This document shows positions 10,401-17,716 of a stretch of DNA of 64,000 nucleotides, in pieces (the stretch's first letter is position 1; every line of letters begins with the position of its first letter). The notes below the pieces were generated by a model. The model was not told the DNA's origin. It ran no database searches and saw only the letters and a list, made by a program, of their open reading frames with translations. The position numbers and the translations under genes were made by a program. Source of the stretch: an uncultured Methanomassiliicoccales archaeon (GTDB lineage: Archaea > Thermoplasmatota > Thermoplasmata > RBG-16-68-12 > JAJISG01); assembly GCA_964347345.1 (NCBI GenBank), contig CAYFYB010000004.1, positions 4,681 to 68,680 on the forward strand. Direction: 5' to 3'.

Positions 10401-10851
10401 CTTCACTCTGCCGGACTTGTCCAGCTTCCTTACCTGGCCAGAAATCTTTGACCCCAGCAACTATGATCTCCTCGTTAGCGGGGTGAACGTTCCCTCCGGC
10501 AGCGTCCTGGGAGTTTTCGTGACGGTGGAGGTGGCCATTACTATTCCCTTCGGTGAAGGGCCAGGCGAGGAGGTCACTATAACACCTGCGTTTTCCTTCT
10601 ACATAACAGACGCGGGCATAGACGCATACCTTGTACTTGCTACGCCCACCACTGGACCATCCCTCGATGGACCTATTGATTTCGGTCTCGCCTTCGGCGA
10701 CAGGGATCGAAGGCAAATCTCACTTGGCTATGGTCCCATTTCCTTTGCGATAACCGATATTGAGGATACACCCGTGGACGTGAACTTCACGGAACTCGTA
10801 TTGCCTTACCTGTCTTATTCCTGGGCACTCTTCAGCTTCGACTGGCCCTAG
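4459..10851 (+). CDS. Giant (2130 aa) N-terminally membrane-anchored protein made of Asp-rich Ca-binding (thrombospondin type-3-like) repeats, with unknown inserts and an unknown C-terminal domain
   Basis: Uninterrupted 6.4-kb ORF with TTG start preceded by GAAGGAGGAG. N-terminal hydrophobic helix 'LLAIVVAAVVVIAGVLAGFYYL'. Dozens of D-x-D-x-D-G-x-x-D-x-x-E units. Confidence 0.85.
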   Translation: MSSEQDSRARRPFFQDPKKLLAIVVAAVVVIAGVLAGFYYLPEDWDGDGIPNAWEERYGLNPRDPSDAALDADSDGYDSDRDGTVDREESFTNKEEYLNGTDPRNKDTDGDGIHDGWEVWFEFDPLDDTDGASDPDEDMLMNVGEFNFGTPPRTADVDMDFLLDSGEVGFGTDPYSPDSDGDGLLDSVELFDYFAYDSIKVKEELRMWMEPIKRILRIEQDGHYRLKIPFNGVLFNPRVLVVNDDKFPGDEEFGADIFASRLAAVGLRPEMADSTRLWDIDLQDYDFVVWSSGDDPNPVPDPLQRQLLIDFVLTGGRLLIEGGHFSAFAWTDPAFGDFVLHAIGLEDGGSSSLIQILDHPVSAGFAPNESVPLVSYLGPDADAFFNITDPLTGIDSKAVFRWQGFSDYGLNTYDDDLDATNGGQIIYMSFDITEIQDSTQLYRLVDNSISWLNPFPSDTIVNMTRLMEALDIVVRKKGVEVPHTYDSTIISNATRYLSAGYSEIYSFWLRSYDLETGIYSVSIDLNESSILEEVPEDFNFTVFLSYILAEKLQLDPLVADVDGDGIPDGDEVAIGTYPLNDDSDHDELTDSDEWYRFGTSPLNSDSDGDMLPDGLELGIVSDADRASVTDPLDFDTDDDGLYDGWFDENGDEIFSPSEMGEDVDQDGRKDLQETDPLMWSTDRDNLPDGWEVRMHLNPLSATGADGDMGNPDVDLTRYGSSFTNVMEFNLGTNPKPYDWDGDGAIVGGFESGKDYDGDGLQDGQEAFVLLRTSVRDGAESIENYAAAEDWIYFDQNVTDGLPGAAYLFDSVERDVESTSPANARSPGVEGAFRLVDGTRIFYDRDLDRIYVWEPFSDFLDRDATGILEGTFYVFVSSSAPVVSSDLPAVGFQGKEIYWGISPFIPDSDFDGLLDGKEALYDQDTDWDGRLNALDLDSDNDGITDFVEQTVYPNTDMDNDGLENMVDLDSDGDGIPDDKEQRPFVDTDTDSIINLLDKDSDDDGLADGEEDVDADGFTDANEPSPLIVDTDADGLTDHEEVVPGVDGYITDPADEDTDDDGLLDGVEVAGWNITVNGFIVHVSADPTLRNRDGDLLTDDLEYLFTDPMSGDTDVDFLLDGQEDANLNGRWDPGETNPTDSDTDDDLLLDGIEVGLRTSPLDADSDDDMLIDGIEDTDKDGFTDIGETDPASPDSDGDGLLDGIEDRNRNGAYDTSATSRETDPLNPDSDGDGLPDGTERAWDGDTDGDGWINARDQNSDGDALLYDGWVDLDGDALYDPGEGEDFNRNGAVDPDISGDPRYDPLNPVTETDPLDNDQDDDGLITGIDPDDTNPDVDGDGLLDGTEDANHNGVWDGLGSGETDLWDPDTDGDGLSDFDEVMLHGTNPLDTDSDSDNLVDYEEVNIGADGYITDPLDTDSDDDGLNDAEEAAYFTNPNDPDTEGDGIPDEFEARWASFTGLDPLNGTDSTADFDSDGLTNLEEYELGEFYALHDFDGDTIWNIQDNDDDGDGMPTAWELEFNLTAYDAGDQWQDKDGDSRANWWEYIDGTNPTLQDTDGDYLADDEWFFAGTDPLDKDSDDDGLLDGVEYNGWIVFIIRRVDDIREFSVTSDPTRINSDGDLLTDYDEFVLGTNPRHRDTDGDGLFDHLDPAPLIVEFNSPSITDFTISVDVHISLEPIYERVKKTVTETVWNVLTFQWDEVVKTTYEWVVTGYREVLDWVKVRGTFKVEDDETTLDTVRIDINGNVKVHQAYANVGWFSHEVDIGNAIWHGFDAKVRAWDSNDNSAEFRADIPGVADALDAIYDFATQALELLLDLGEQALDLLRDGALWVIEQILRPAFEALLSYIQTFAGVQSRFLAPYLDVNGALRDVSGLLNESVNELEIPGPVELLHAAFKVAADLVANGLVTAKEVLSLAYDILRPGIQQLPIPQSVKDMSDQTVEWLLDLAAEIAVLVDNMNVATLQALFNSFIDEIETLTGIQFAFTLPDLSSFLTWPEIFDPSNYDLLVSGVNVPSGSVLGVFVTVEVAITIPFGEGPGEEVTITPAFSFYITDAGIDAYLVLATPTTGPSLDGPIDFGLAFGDRDRRQISLGYGPISFAITDIEDTPVDVNFTELVLPYLSYSWALFSFDWP
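6121..9409 (+). repeat. Coding array of degenerate Asp-rich (DxDxDGxxDxxE) repeat units inside the giant gene, interrupted at about 6680-7130
   Basis: Recurrent GAY-rich codon runs translating to 'DVDGDGIPDGDE', 'DSDGDMLPDGLE', 'DSDGDGIPDDKE', 'DTDADGLTDHEE', 'DSDGDGLLDGIE', 'DTDGDGLSDFDE', 'DTDGDGLFDH' and so on. A shorter block of the same type lies at about 4560-5030. Confidence 0.7.
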
Positions 10852-11034
10852 AATGACCGCCCAGCGATGTAGTCTCCCAGGCTGGTTCTCGTCAGACCAG
10901 AGTCTTGAGTGCACAGGGGCCTCGGTGGCGGCAAGGGGGCGTGGAGCAAGCGGGCAGCACGGGCGAACAGTTAGACCAGTAGCACAAAACAGTGGCCTTG
11001 AGGAGTTCCCGGGACACTGCTTCCCCCGCCCGGC

Positions 11035-11047
11035 AAAGCCTTTAAGC
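11035..11047 (+). promoter_or_regulatory. TATA box of pyrD-pyrK (leaderless geometry)
   Basis: 'AAAGCCTTTAAGC' is centred about 26 nt upstream of the pyrD ATG at 11070, with no Shine-Dalgarno in between. Confidence 0.5.
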
Positions 11048-11069
11048 GAGCGCTCCCTTACCGCCGCGG

Positions 11070-11975
11070 ATGGCGGACCTTTCTAGCACGGTAGGGAAGC
11101 TCAAGCTGAAGAACCCTACCATGCTCGCCTCAGGGGTTCTAGGCGACACCGGCGAGTCCCTCCTGAGGGTAGCCAACAGCGGGGCGGGGGCCATTGTGAC
11201 AAAGTCCATAGGCCGGGAGCCCAGGGAAGGAAATCCCGGCCCTTCCTTGATAGAGTTGGAGCAAGGGTTGCTGAACGCCATTGGCCTGGCAAATCCCGGG
11301 ATTGATGATTATGGGGCGGAGATTGAGGTTGCCCTCCGAGGCAGGGTACCAGTAATAGGCTCTATCTTCGCAGAGGATGTGGAACTCTTCGGCCCTCTGG
11401 CCCGGACCATGGAGGTGTACGGCGTCCAAGCTCTAGAGCTCAACTTAGGCTGCCCACACGCTAGCGGCCTGGAGGAGATTGCTGGGGACCCAGAGCTGGT
11501 TGCTAAGGTGACGGCTGAGGTGAAGAGCGCGGTCAAAATACCCGTCTTCGTGAAGCTTTCGCCCAACGTAAGGCATATCGCGTCCGTGGCCAAAGGGGTG
11601 CAGGAAGCTGGTGGAGACGGAATCACCGCCATCAGCCCTGTCAGAGCCATGAGCCTGGCGCCGGAGTTGAAGAGACCAGTCCTAGGCCAGAAGATAGGAG
11701 GGCTGAGCGGTCCAGCCATCAAGCCAATAGGCGTCCGGTGCATCTATGAGATATACGAGGCTGTGGAGATCCCTCTAGTGGGCGCCGGCGGTGTGGTCAG
11801 CGGGATGGATGCGATCGAGTACATCATGGCAGGGGCTAGGGCCGTCCAGATAGGCAGTGGAATACACTACAGGGGTTTGGACATCTTCAAGGGCGTCTGC
11901 CAAGAGATCGAGGCTTTCATGGAGGAGAACGGCTACACCCAGGTGGAGGAAATGGTGGGGATTGCCCACGAATAG
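11070..11975 (+). CDS. pyrD: Dihydroorotate dehydrogenase, class 1B catalytic subunit
   Basis: 301 aa. 'LKNPTMLASGVLG', 'GAIVTKS', 'LELNLGCPHA', 'GGLSGPAIKPIGVRC'. Followed by an overlapping pyrK. Confidence 0.9.
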   Translation: MADLSSTVGKLKLKNPTMLASGVLGDTGESLLRVANSGAGAIVTKSIGREPREGNPGPSLIELEQGLLNAIGLANPGIDDYGAEIEVALRGRVPVIGSIFAEDVELFGPLARTMEVYGVQALELNLGCPHASGLEEIAGDPELVAKVTAEVKSAVKIPVFVKLSPNVRHIASVAKGVQEAGGDGITAISPVRAMSLAPELKRPVLGQKIGGLSGPAIKPIGVRCIYEIYEAVEIPLVGAGGVVSGMDAIEYIMAGARAVQIGSGIHYRGLDIFKGVCQEIEAFMEENGYTQVEEMVGIAHE

Positions 11976-12744
11976 GCTGCGTGTTGTTTCCTTGGAGAAG
12001 GTGGTGGTGGAGGCCCCCCACACCAAGAGTTTCTGCTTCCAGGCCGATTTGAAGGTGAACCCTGGCCAGTTCATCATGGTCTGGATTCCTGGTGTAGAGG
12101 AGGTCCCCATGGCCCTCTCTCGGATAGGTCCTGTGAAGGCCATCACCGTCAGGAATGTAGGAAACTCGACGGAAGCGCTACACAGACTCGGGGAGGGGAG
12201 CAGAATAGGTTTTCGCGGCCCCTATGGCAACTTCTTTGACCTGACTCGGGAACACCATCTCCTAGCAGCTGGTGGGACTGGGATGGCCTCAGTGATCACC
12301 GCCGGGGAGGCCCTGGCAGAGGCGGGGAAGAAGGTGGTAACGGTGGCGGGGGCCAAAACGAAAGATGAGCTTATCCTACTGGAGCGGGCGAGGAGGTGCG
12401 GCGAGCTCTTCATAGCCACTGACGACGGGTCCGCGGGGTATCACGGTCACGTGCCTGACCTCGTCTCGAAGGTCTTGGAGGAGAGGAGGTTCGACGGTGT
12501 CATCGCCTGTGGCCCGGAGAAGATGCTTCACACGCTCGCCAAGGTGTGTCGTCAGAAGGAAGTGCGTCTGCAGGCCTCTCTCGAGAGGTTCATGAGGTGC
12601 GGCATAGGCCTCTGCGGGTCTTGCGCCATGGATGGTCACTTCATCTGTCTCGATGGCCCCATCTTCAGGGGGGAGCAGCTGGTAGGCCTCAAGGACTTCG
12701 GAAGTTATAGGCGCGACCGGGCGGGCCGAAGGGTGCCCATATAG
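11962..12744 (+). CDS. pyrK: Dihydroorotate dehydrogenase electron-transfer subunit (FAD / 2Fe-2S)
   Basis: The track ORF 11857..12744 overlaps pyrD by 119 nt. An in-frame TTG at 11962 preceded by GGAGG gives about 260 aa, 'MPTNRLRVVSLEKVV...'. The C-terminal cluster motif 'CGIGLCGSCAMDGHFICLDGP' is typical of PyrK. Confidence 0.8.
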   Translation: MPTNRLRVVSLEKVVVEAPHTKSFCFQADLKVNPGQFIMVWIPGVEEVPMALSRIGPVKAITVRNVGNSTEALHRLGEGSRIGFRGPYGNFFDLTREHHLLAAGGTGMASVITAGEALAEAGKKVVTVAGAKTKDELILLERARRCGELFIATDDGSAGYHGHVPDLVSKVLEERRFDGVIACGPEKMLHTLAKVCRQKEVRLQASLERFMRCGIGLCGSCAMDGHFICLDGPIFRGEQLVGLKDFGSYRRDRAGRRVPI

Positions 12745-12760
12745 TGCCCCCATCAACCTT

Positions 12761-14443
12761 ATGGCCAGCAAGCCTCTCTGGTCCACCATGTCAGATGTAG
12801 ACTTCGACAGGACAGTCAAGGAACTCTTCGACACAGCTGTGAAGAGACACCCAGTTTTCGCAACCTACCTGGGGCTTCACAAATACGATCACCTCCTGGG
12901 AGAAAACTCTCGACAGTTCTACTTGGATGAAGTGAGATTTGTGAAAGAGTACCGGGCTAAGTTTGAGGCATTGGATCCAGAAGAACTCAGTGGAAGCCGG
13001 CCTCTGGATCGAGACCTGGCCATCTACCTCTCTGACGTGGCTCTCTTTGGGCTAGAGGAGAAAAGGCCGTGGGAGTCGGTCCCCGATGGCGCGGAAGACA
13101 TCGGAACCGCTCTCTTCCCGCTCTTCACCAGAGACTTTGCCCCCCTGTCTGAGCGGATGGAGAGTATGATCGCCAGGCTCGAGATGGGGCCCCGTTACCT
13201 GGAGGAACTCCGAACCAGACTGAATAGGCCCGTGAAGCTGTGGACAGAAATGGCCATTGAGGCAGCGCAGAGGTTTCCATCTTTCCTAGAACTCATCGCT
13301 CGTTCCTCGGAGAAAAGGGTCACTCCGGAGGCCAATAGTGCCCTGAAGAGGGCGAAAAGAGAGGTCGAGGCGGCTATGTCCGAGTACGAGAGATGGCTCC
13401 GGGAGGACCTTCTACCTGGTGCGTCAGAGACTCACATACTAGGCGAAGAGAGATTCAGGAAGTTGCTCCGTATGAGGCGTCTAGGCTTCGACATGGAGGA
13501 GGTCCGAGATTTGGGCCTTCGATACCTGAAACAATCGAAGGAGGAGCTTTCCAGCCTGGCTAAGTCGATGGACCCGAAAGCTACCGTGGGGGACATCAAA
13601 GAGAGGATCAAATCCAACCATCCGGCAGATTTCGAGGGGGTGTTGGAAGCGGTGAGAAGAACCACTGAAGAGGCCCGTCTTTTCGTGAAGGAGAGACGCC
13701 TGGCCACCCTTCCGCCGGCAGAAAGGCTGATCGTCACAGAGACACCGACATACCTGAGGGCTGTCCTCCCATTTGCAGCCTATTTCCACCCGGCGAAGTT
13801 CGACAAGGTCCAGGAGGGTGTGTACATCGTTACACCGCCCACAGACGGTCAGGAACTCCTGAAGGAGCACAACTACGCCTCCATCAGGAATACTGTGGTT
13901 CACGAAGGCTACCCAGGTCATCACCTCCAACTCTCAGCCGCAAACCTCAACCCCTCCCTCGTGCGGCAGCTCACGTCCGAAGTGGCATCTGCAGAAACAG
14001 TGGAGGGTTGGGCCCATTATTGCGAGGACCTGATGCAGGAGACGGGTTTCAACGACTCCCCGGAAGTCCGCTTCGTCCAGCTTCAGGACATAATCTGGAG
14101 GGCCTGCCGGATCATAATCGACATCGACCTCCACTGCGGAAGGATGAGCTTCGATGAGGCTGTGGAGATGCTGGTGAAGGAGGCGGGTATGGAGAGAGCA
14201 TCAGCCGTAGCCGAGGTGAAGCGGTACACCCAGCACCCCACGTATCAGCTCAGCTATCTCTTGGGCAAGCACCTCATCAGAGGTCTCAGAGAGGAGGTGG
14301 AGAAGAGGATGGGAGACCGCTTTTCCTACGCTCTCTTCCACGACACCATCCTGTACTCAGGCTCTCTCCCCTTCTTCTTGCTCCGGAAGGTGATGGAGGA
14401 CAAGCTGGCCAAGATGGAGGAAGATGTTGAGGACCTGAGGTAG
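12761..14443 (+). CDS. DUF885-family protein (putative metallopeptidase-like)
   Basis: 560 aa. The signature 'VVHEGYPGHHLQ' and overall length match DUF885. Confidence 0.75.
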   Translation: MASKPLWSTMSDVDFDRTVKELFDTAVKRHPVFATYLGLHKYDHLLGENSRQFYLDEVRFVKEYRAKFEALDPEELSGSRPLDRDLAIYLSDVALFGLEEKRPWESVPDGAEDIGTALFPLFTRDFAPLSERMESMIARLEMGPRYLEELRTRLNRPVKLWTEMAIEAAQRFPSFLELIARSSEKRVTPEANSALKRAKREVEAAMSEYERWLREDLLPGASETHILGEERFRKLLRMRRLGFDMEEVRDLGLRYLKQSKEELSSLAKSMDPKATVGDIKERIKSNHPADFEGVLEAVRRTTEEARLFVKERRLATLPPAERLIVTETPTYLRAVLPFAAYFHPAKFDKVQEGVYIVTPPTDGQELLKEHNYASIRNTVVHEGYPGHHLQLSAANLNPSLVRQLTSEVASAETVEGWAHYCEDLMQETGFNDSPEVRFVQLQDIIWRACRIIIDIDLHCGRMSFDEAVEMLVKEAGMERASAVAEVKRYTQHPTYQLSYLLGKHLIRGLREEVEKRMGDRFSYALFHDTILYSGSLPFFLLRKVMEDKLAKMEEDVEDLR

Positions 14444-14530
14444 TTGACCTACGGGACCATGGCGAGGCCAACATTCCTGGGCGGACTCAACTTTAATATC
14501 GCAGGATAAGTTAGGGGCCTCGGTGCATAG

Positions 14531-15124
14531 ATGAAGAGCATCGACGCCCTCGTTCGCAAGGCCATGGAATACAAGGAGAAGGGCCTTAACGAGAAGGAAA
14601 TTGGCGACGAACTCCACCTCTCCTCAGAGACGGTCACCTGGCTGCTCACGCGCGGCGTAAAGGGTGAGGCGCCCCCGAGGGACATCAAAATTGGCTGGAG
14701 ATCTGTGGGGGTTTTCGGGAACCGAATCGGCTTCATCTCGGCCGCCTTGACGGACGTCGTACTGGAGGAGATGGAAAAGCGCGGGCTGGATGTGGACTCC
14801 ATTTTGGGAATAGCCATCAACGGCATCCCTTACGCTACCCTGATCTCCGAAGACATGGGAAAGGAGCTCGTGGTGTACCGCCCGGCCGCGGAGAGACACA
14901 AGGGCGGGGCCTTCAGCTCAAACTACGCGGGAGTCGATGGTAAGAACGTGGTCATCGTCGACGATGTCATCAGCACTGGAGAAACAATCCGAGGATCCAT
15001 CAAGGAGGTTCAGGAGGCGGGCGGCCAGGCAGTCCTGGCCATCGTGGTCGTCAACAAGACGGAGCAAGACGACGTGGACGGAGTGCCCTTGCGGGCCCTT
15101 ATCAGGGCCAGGGGAATCGCGTGA
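14531..15124 (+). CDS. Orotate-phosphoribosyltransferase-like protein with N-terminal HTH (PyrE2/GfcR-type regulator family)
   Basis: 197 aa. N-terminal HTH 'GLNEKEIGDELHLSSETVTWLL' followed by a PRTase PRPP loop 'VVIVDDVISTGET'. Confidence 0.75.
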   Translation: MKSIDALVRKAMEYKEKGLNEKEIGDELHLSSETVTWLLTRGVKGEAPPRDIKIGWRSVGVFGNRIGFISAALTDVVLEEMEKRGLDVDSILGIAINGIPYATLISEDMGKELVVYRPAAERHKGGAFSSNYAGVDGKNVVIVDDVISTGETIRGSIKEVQEAGGQAVLAIVVVNKTEQDDVDGVPLRALIRARGIA

Positions 15125-15130
15125 TATCGA

Positions 15131-16720
15131 ATGCACTGGTTCGATGAGTTGGCAAGCTCCGTAGATACCTTCCTTGGCAAGAGGAAGAGGGCCGTGTGCA
15201 ACGCCGGGCTCTCCGTCTCAGGGCTGCAGCACGTGGGAAGGCTCCGGGGAGAGATCATTCTCAACCACTTCTTGGCCACCCACCTTCGGGCCCGGGGCTT
15301 GGAGGTGATGCAGCACCTCGTCCTCTACACTCAGGATCGCTGGAAGGGAAGCCGGAAGCAGGTGGGACAGTTCCCCGGGGACGAGGGGAGGGCTTACGTA
15401 GGTAGGAGGCTTATAGACGTTCCGGACCCGCAGGGATGCCATCAGAACTGGGTCGAGCACTTCTGGGAGGAATTCGCTGAATCCATGGGGCTGTTCGCCC
15501 CAGGAGTCGAGGTTACCACCACCTCCAAACTCTACAGTCTGCCCAAGATGAAGGAGCTTGTCCTCGAGATTACTGCCCAGGCGGAGAAGGTCAGAGAGAC
15601 CCTGAACCGATACAGGCCCCGGAACCCCTATCCCGAGGGTTGGATTCCCTTCGAGCCTCTCTGCATGGAGTGTAGGTGCGTGGGTGACGCCAGGGCGCTG
15701 GCCGTTCGGGAAGAAGGGGTTCAATATGAGTGCTCATGTGGTGCCCAGGGCTCCTCACCCCTGCATCTTGGCAAGCTGAATTGGCGCCTTGAGTGGCCCG
15801 CCCTCTGGAAGGTGCTGGCGGTGGACATCGAGCCCTTTGGGAAGGACCACGCTGCCCCCGGGGGCTCAAGAGAGAGCTGTCAGGTCATTGCTGAGACCAT
15901 CCTCGGCATAGAACCTCCTCTCGGAATACCGTACGAATGGGTGGGCTACTTAGAGGACGGTCAGGATCTGGGGGATATGGACAGCTCCGACTTCCGGGGC
16001 TTTGGACCGAAGGACTGGCTGGAGGTCGCAGACCCGGAGATCCTGAGGTTCCTGTTCGCGAACGTGCCTATAAGGCGCCGCGTAGTCCTCGACCTCGCAA
16101 AAGTCGACGTGTACCATCAAGCATATGACCAGGCTGAAGCGGCCTTCTTCGGACAGAGCGACGATGATCTAGCCCGGTCCTTCGAGCTATCGGAGTTCGA
16201 GCCTCCCCCTGAAGAGATGCCATTTCAGCTCCCCTATCGGCATGCCACTCTCCTGTCGCAGGTAGCTCCCCAGGACGACATGCTGGGGTGGTCCCTCCGA
16301 AGGCTCCAGGACACCGGGTTGCTGGATCGTACGTTGAACTCCGTGGAGCGGGAGGGTGTAGAGAGGAGACTGAAGCAGTCCCTCAACTGGGCTCGCAGGT
16401 ACGGCCCTCCAGACTCGAGGGTACGCTTACTCCACAGCCTGCCCGAAGAGGTCAGGTCCAGGCTAACTGAAAAGGAAAGGAAAGCTCTTTCCATCTTGGC
16501 CGCTCAACTGTCCGACACCCCCTGGAAGGAGGGAGCCATCAAGGAGGCCATGGTGCGTCTCACCACAGGGGACAACCTTCCTGTATCCACGAAGAGGTTC
16601 TTCTCCTCGCTCTATACAGTATTGCTAGGGGAGCCTTGGGGCCCCAGGGCGGCACCGCTGCTGGCCGTTCTCGACAGGGATTTCGTCTTGAAGAGGCTGA
16701 GGGAGGCTGGTGAGCGATGA
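15131..16720 (+). CDS. lysK: Lysine--tRNA ligase, class I
   Basis: 529 aa. Starts 'MHWFDE' (class I LysRS start MHWAD-like). 'GLSVSGLQHVGRLRGE' is the HIGH region, followed by 'EPFGKDHAAPGGS' and 'DMDSSDF' in the MSSS position. Confidence 0.85.
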   Translation: MHWFDELASSVDTFLGKRKRAVCNAGLSVSGLQHVGRLRGEIILNHFLATHLRARGLEVMQHLVLYTQDRWKGSRKQVGQFPGDEGRAYVGRRLIDVPDPQGCHQNWVEHFWEEFAESMGLFAPGVEVTTTSKLYSLPKMKELVLEITAQAEKVRETLNRYRPRNPYPEGWIPFEPLCMECRCVGDARALAVREEGVQYECSCGAQGSSPLHLGKLNWRLEWPALWKVLAVDIEPFGKDHAAPGGSRESCQVIAETILGIEPPLGIPYEWVGYLEDGQDLGDMDSSDFRGFGPKDWLEVADPEILRFLFANVPIRRRVVLDLAKVDVYHQAYDQAEAAFFGQSDDDLARSFELSEFEPPPEEMPFQLPYRHATLLSQVAPQDDMLGWSLRRLQDTGLLDRTLNSVEREGVERRLKQSLNWARRYGPPDSRVRLLHSLPEEVRSRLTEKERKALSILAAQLSDTPWKEGAIKEAMVRLTTGDNLPVSTKRFFSSLYTVLLGEPWGPRAAPLLAVLDRDFVLKRLREAGER

Positions 16721-17481
16721 AGATGGCACCTTACGCCAAGTCTGCACCCTATTACGACCTCATCTATGAGAGCATTGTGGACTACGAGAAGGAATGCGAC
16801 CTTCTGGAAGACATCTTCCAAGAACACGCCGAGCGAGAGGTTGGGAAGATCATAGACCTCGGCTGCGGGACCGGAAACCACGCTATCACCCTCAGCTCGA
16901 GGGGCTATGAGGTCCTGGGCGTAGACCAGTCAGAGACCTTCATCCGTCAAGCAAGAGAGAAGGCTAGGAAGCTGGAAAGACCACCATCGTTCCAGGTTGG
17001 GGACATGAGCAATCTGAGGATCGAAGACCACTTCGACGCGCTCATATGCATGTTTGGAGGCTTCGGTTATATCGCCAAAGACCAGGTGCCCCTAGCCCTG
17101 AGGGGATTCGCTGACGTCACCAAGGGTGGAGGGCTCCTAGTCTTCGAGTTCTGGAACACCAGAGGCGTGATCCCGGGGTACGAATCCTGGCTGGTGAGGG
17201 AATCGGGGGATACGACGCTGATAAGGCTCTCCAAGTCTGAGTTTGAACCCAGTTCGGGGGTCCTCTCCTCTAGCATGAAACATTACGTTCTCAAGGGCCG
17301 GAATCTCGAGGATGCTTTCGAGGAGTTGCATCGACTTACCACCTATGTAAGGAAGGAGATGAGACAGTACCTTCGCCATGAAGGTTTAAGGTCTGTGGCC
17401 ATGTTCGATTGGGACAGGAAGGTGCTGGAACCTGCTCACCCAGAGGCGTTCCGCATCCTCAATGTCGCTCGCATAGACTAG
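16717..17481 (+). CDS. Class I SAM-dependent methyltransferase
   Basis: 254 aa. Motif I 'IIDLGCGTGNH'. 4-nt ATGA overlap with the lysK stop. Confidence 0.8.
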   Translation: MKMAPYAKSAPYYDLIYESIVDYEKECDLLEDIFQEHAEREVGKIIDLGCGTGNHAITLSSRGYEVLGVDQSETFIRQAREKARKLERPPSFQVGDMSNLRIEDHFDALICMFGGFGYIAKDQVPLALRGFADVTKGGGLLVFEFWNTRGVIPGYESWLVRESGDTTLIRLSKSEFEPSSGVLSSSMKHYVLKGRNLEDAFEELHRLTTYVRKEMRQYLRHEGLRSVAMFDWDRKVLEPAHPEAFRILNVARID

Positions 17482-17716
17482 GTTCCCGTAGGCAATCATC
17501 AATGGGCGTTCAGGCTGAGGTTTCCAACTCCAAGTGAGGTGTCTGAACTCTCCCATCGTCCCGGAATCCCTCCGGAACCCTTTGGAAGTTTCCGTTGAAC
17601 AATCTCGCTCCGCTATGCTGTTCCAATGATGCTGAGAAGCAACACCATCGGAGAAAGGTGAACTTAGAGTTATATACGAATATCCCCTTTACCGTTGCAT
17701 CAGGGGGGGGATTGGA

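Noticed and set aside
15131-16720. Divergent catalytic motifs in class I LysRS ('LQHVGR' for HIGH, 'DMDSSDF' for the MSSS/KMSKS-like loop), suggesting a degenerate paralogue
   Set aside because: As far as I recall, authentic archaeal class I LysRS also lack the leading Lys in this loop (for example '..MPMSSSSG'), and the rest of the protein is full length and colinear. This is not enough to call it aberrant without an alignment.
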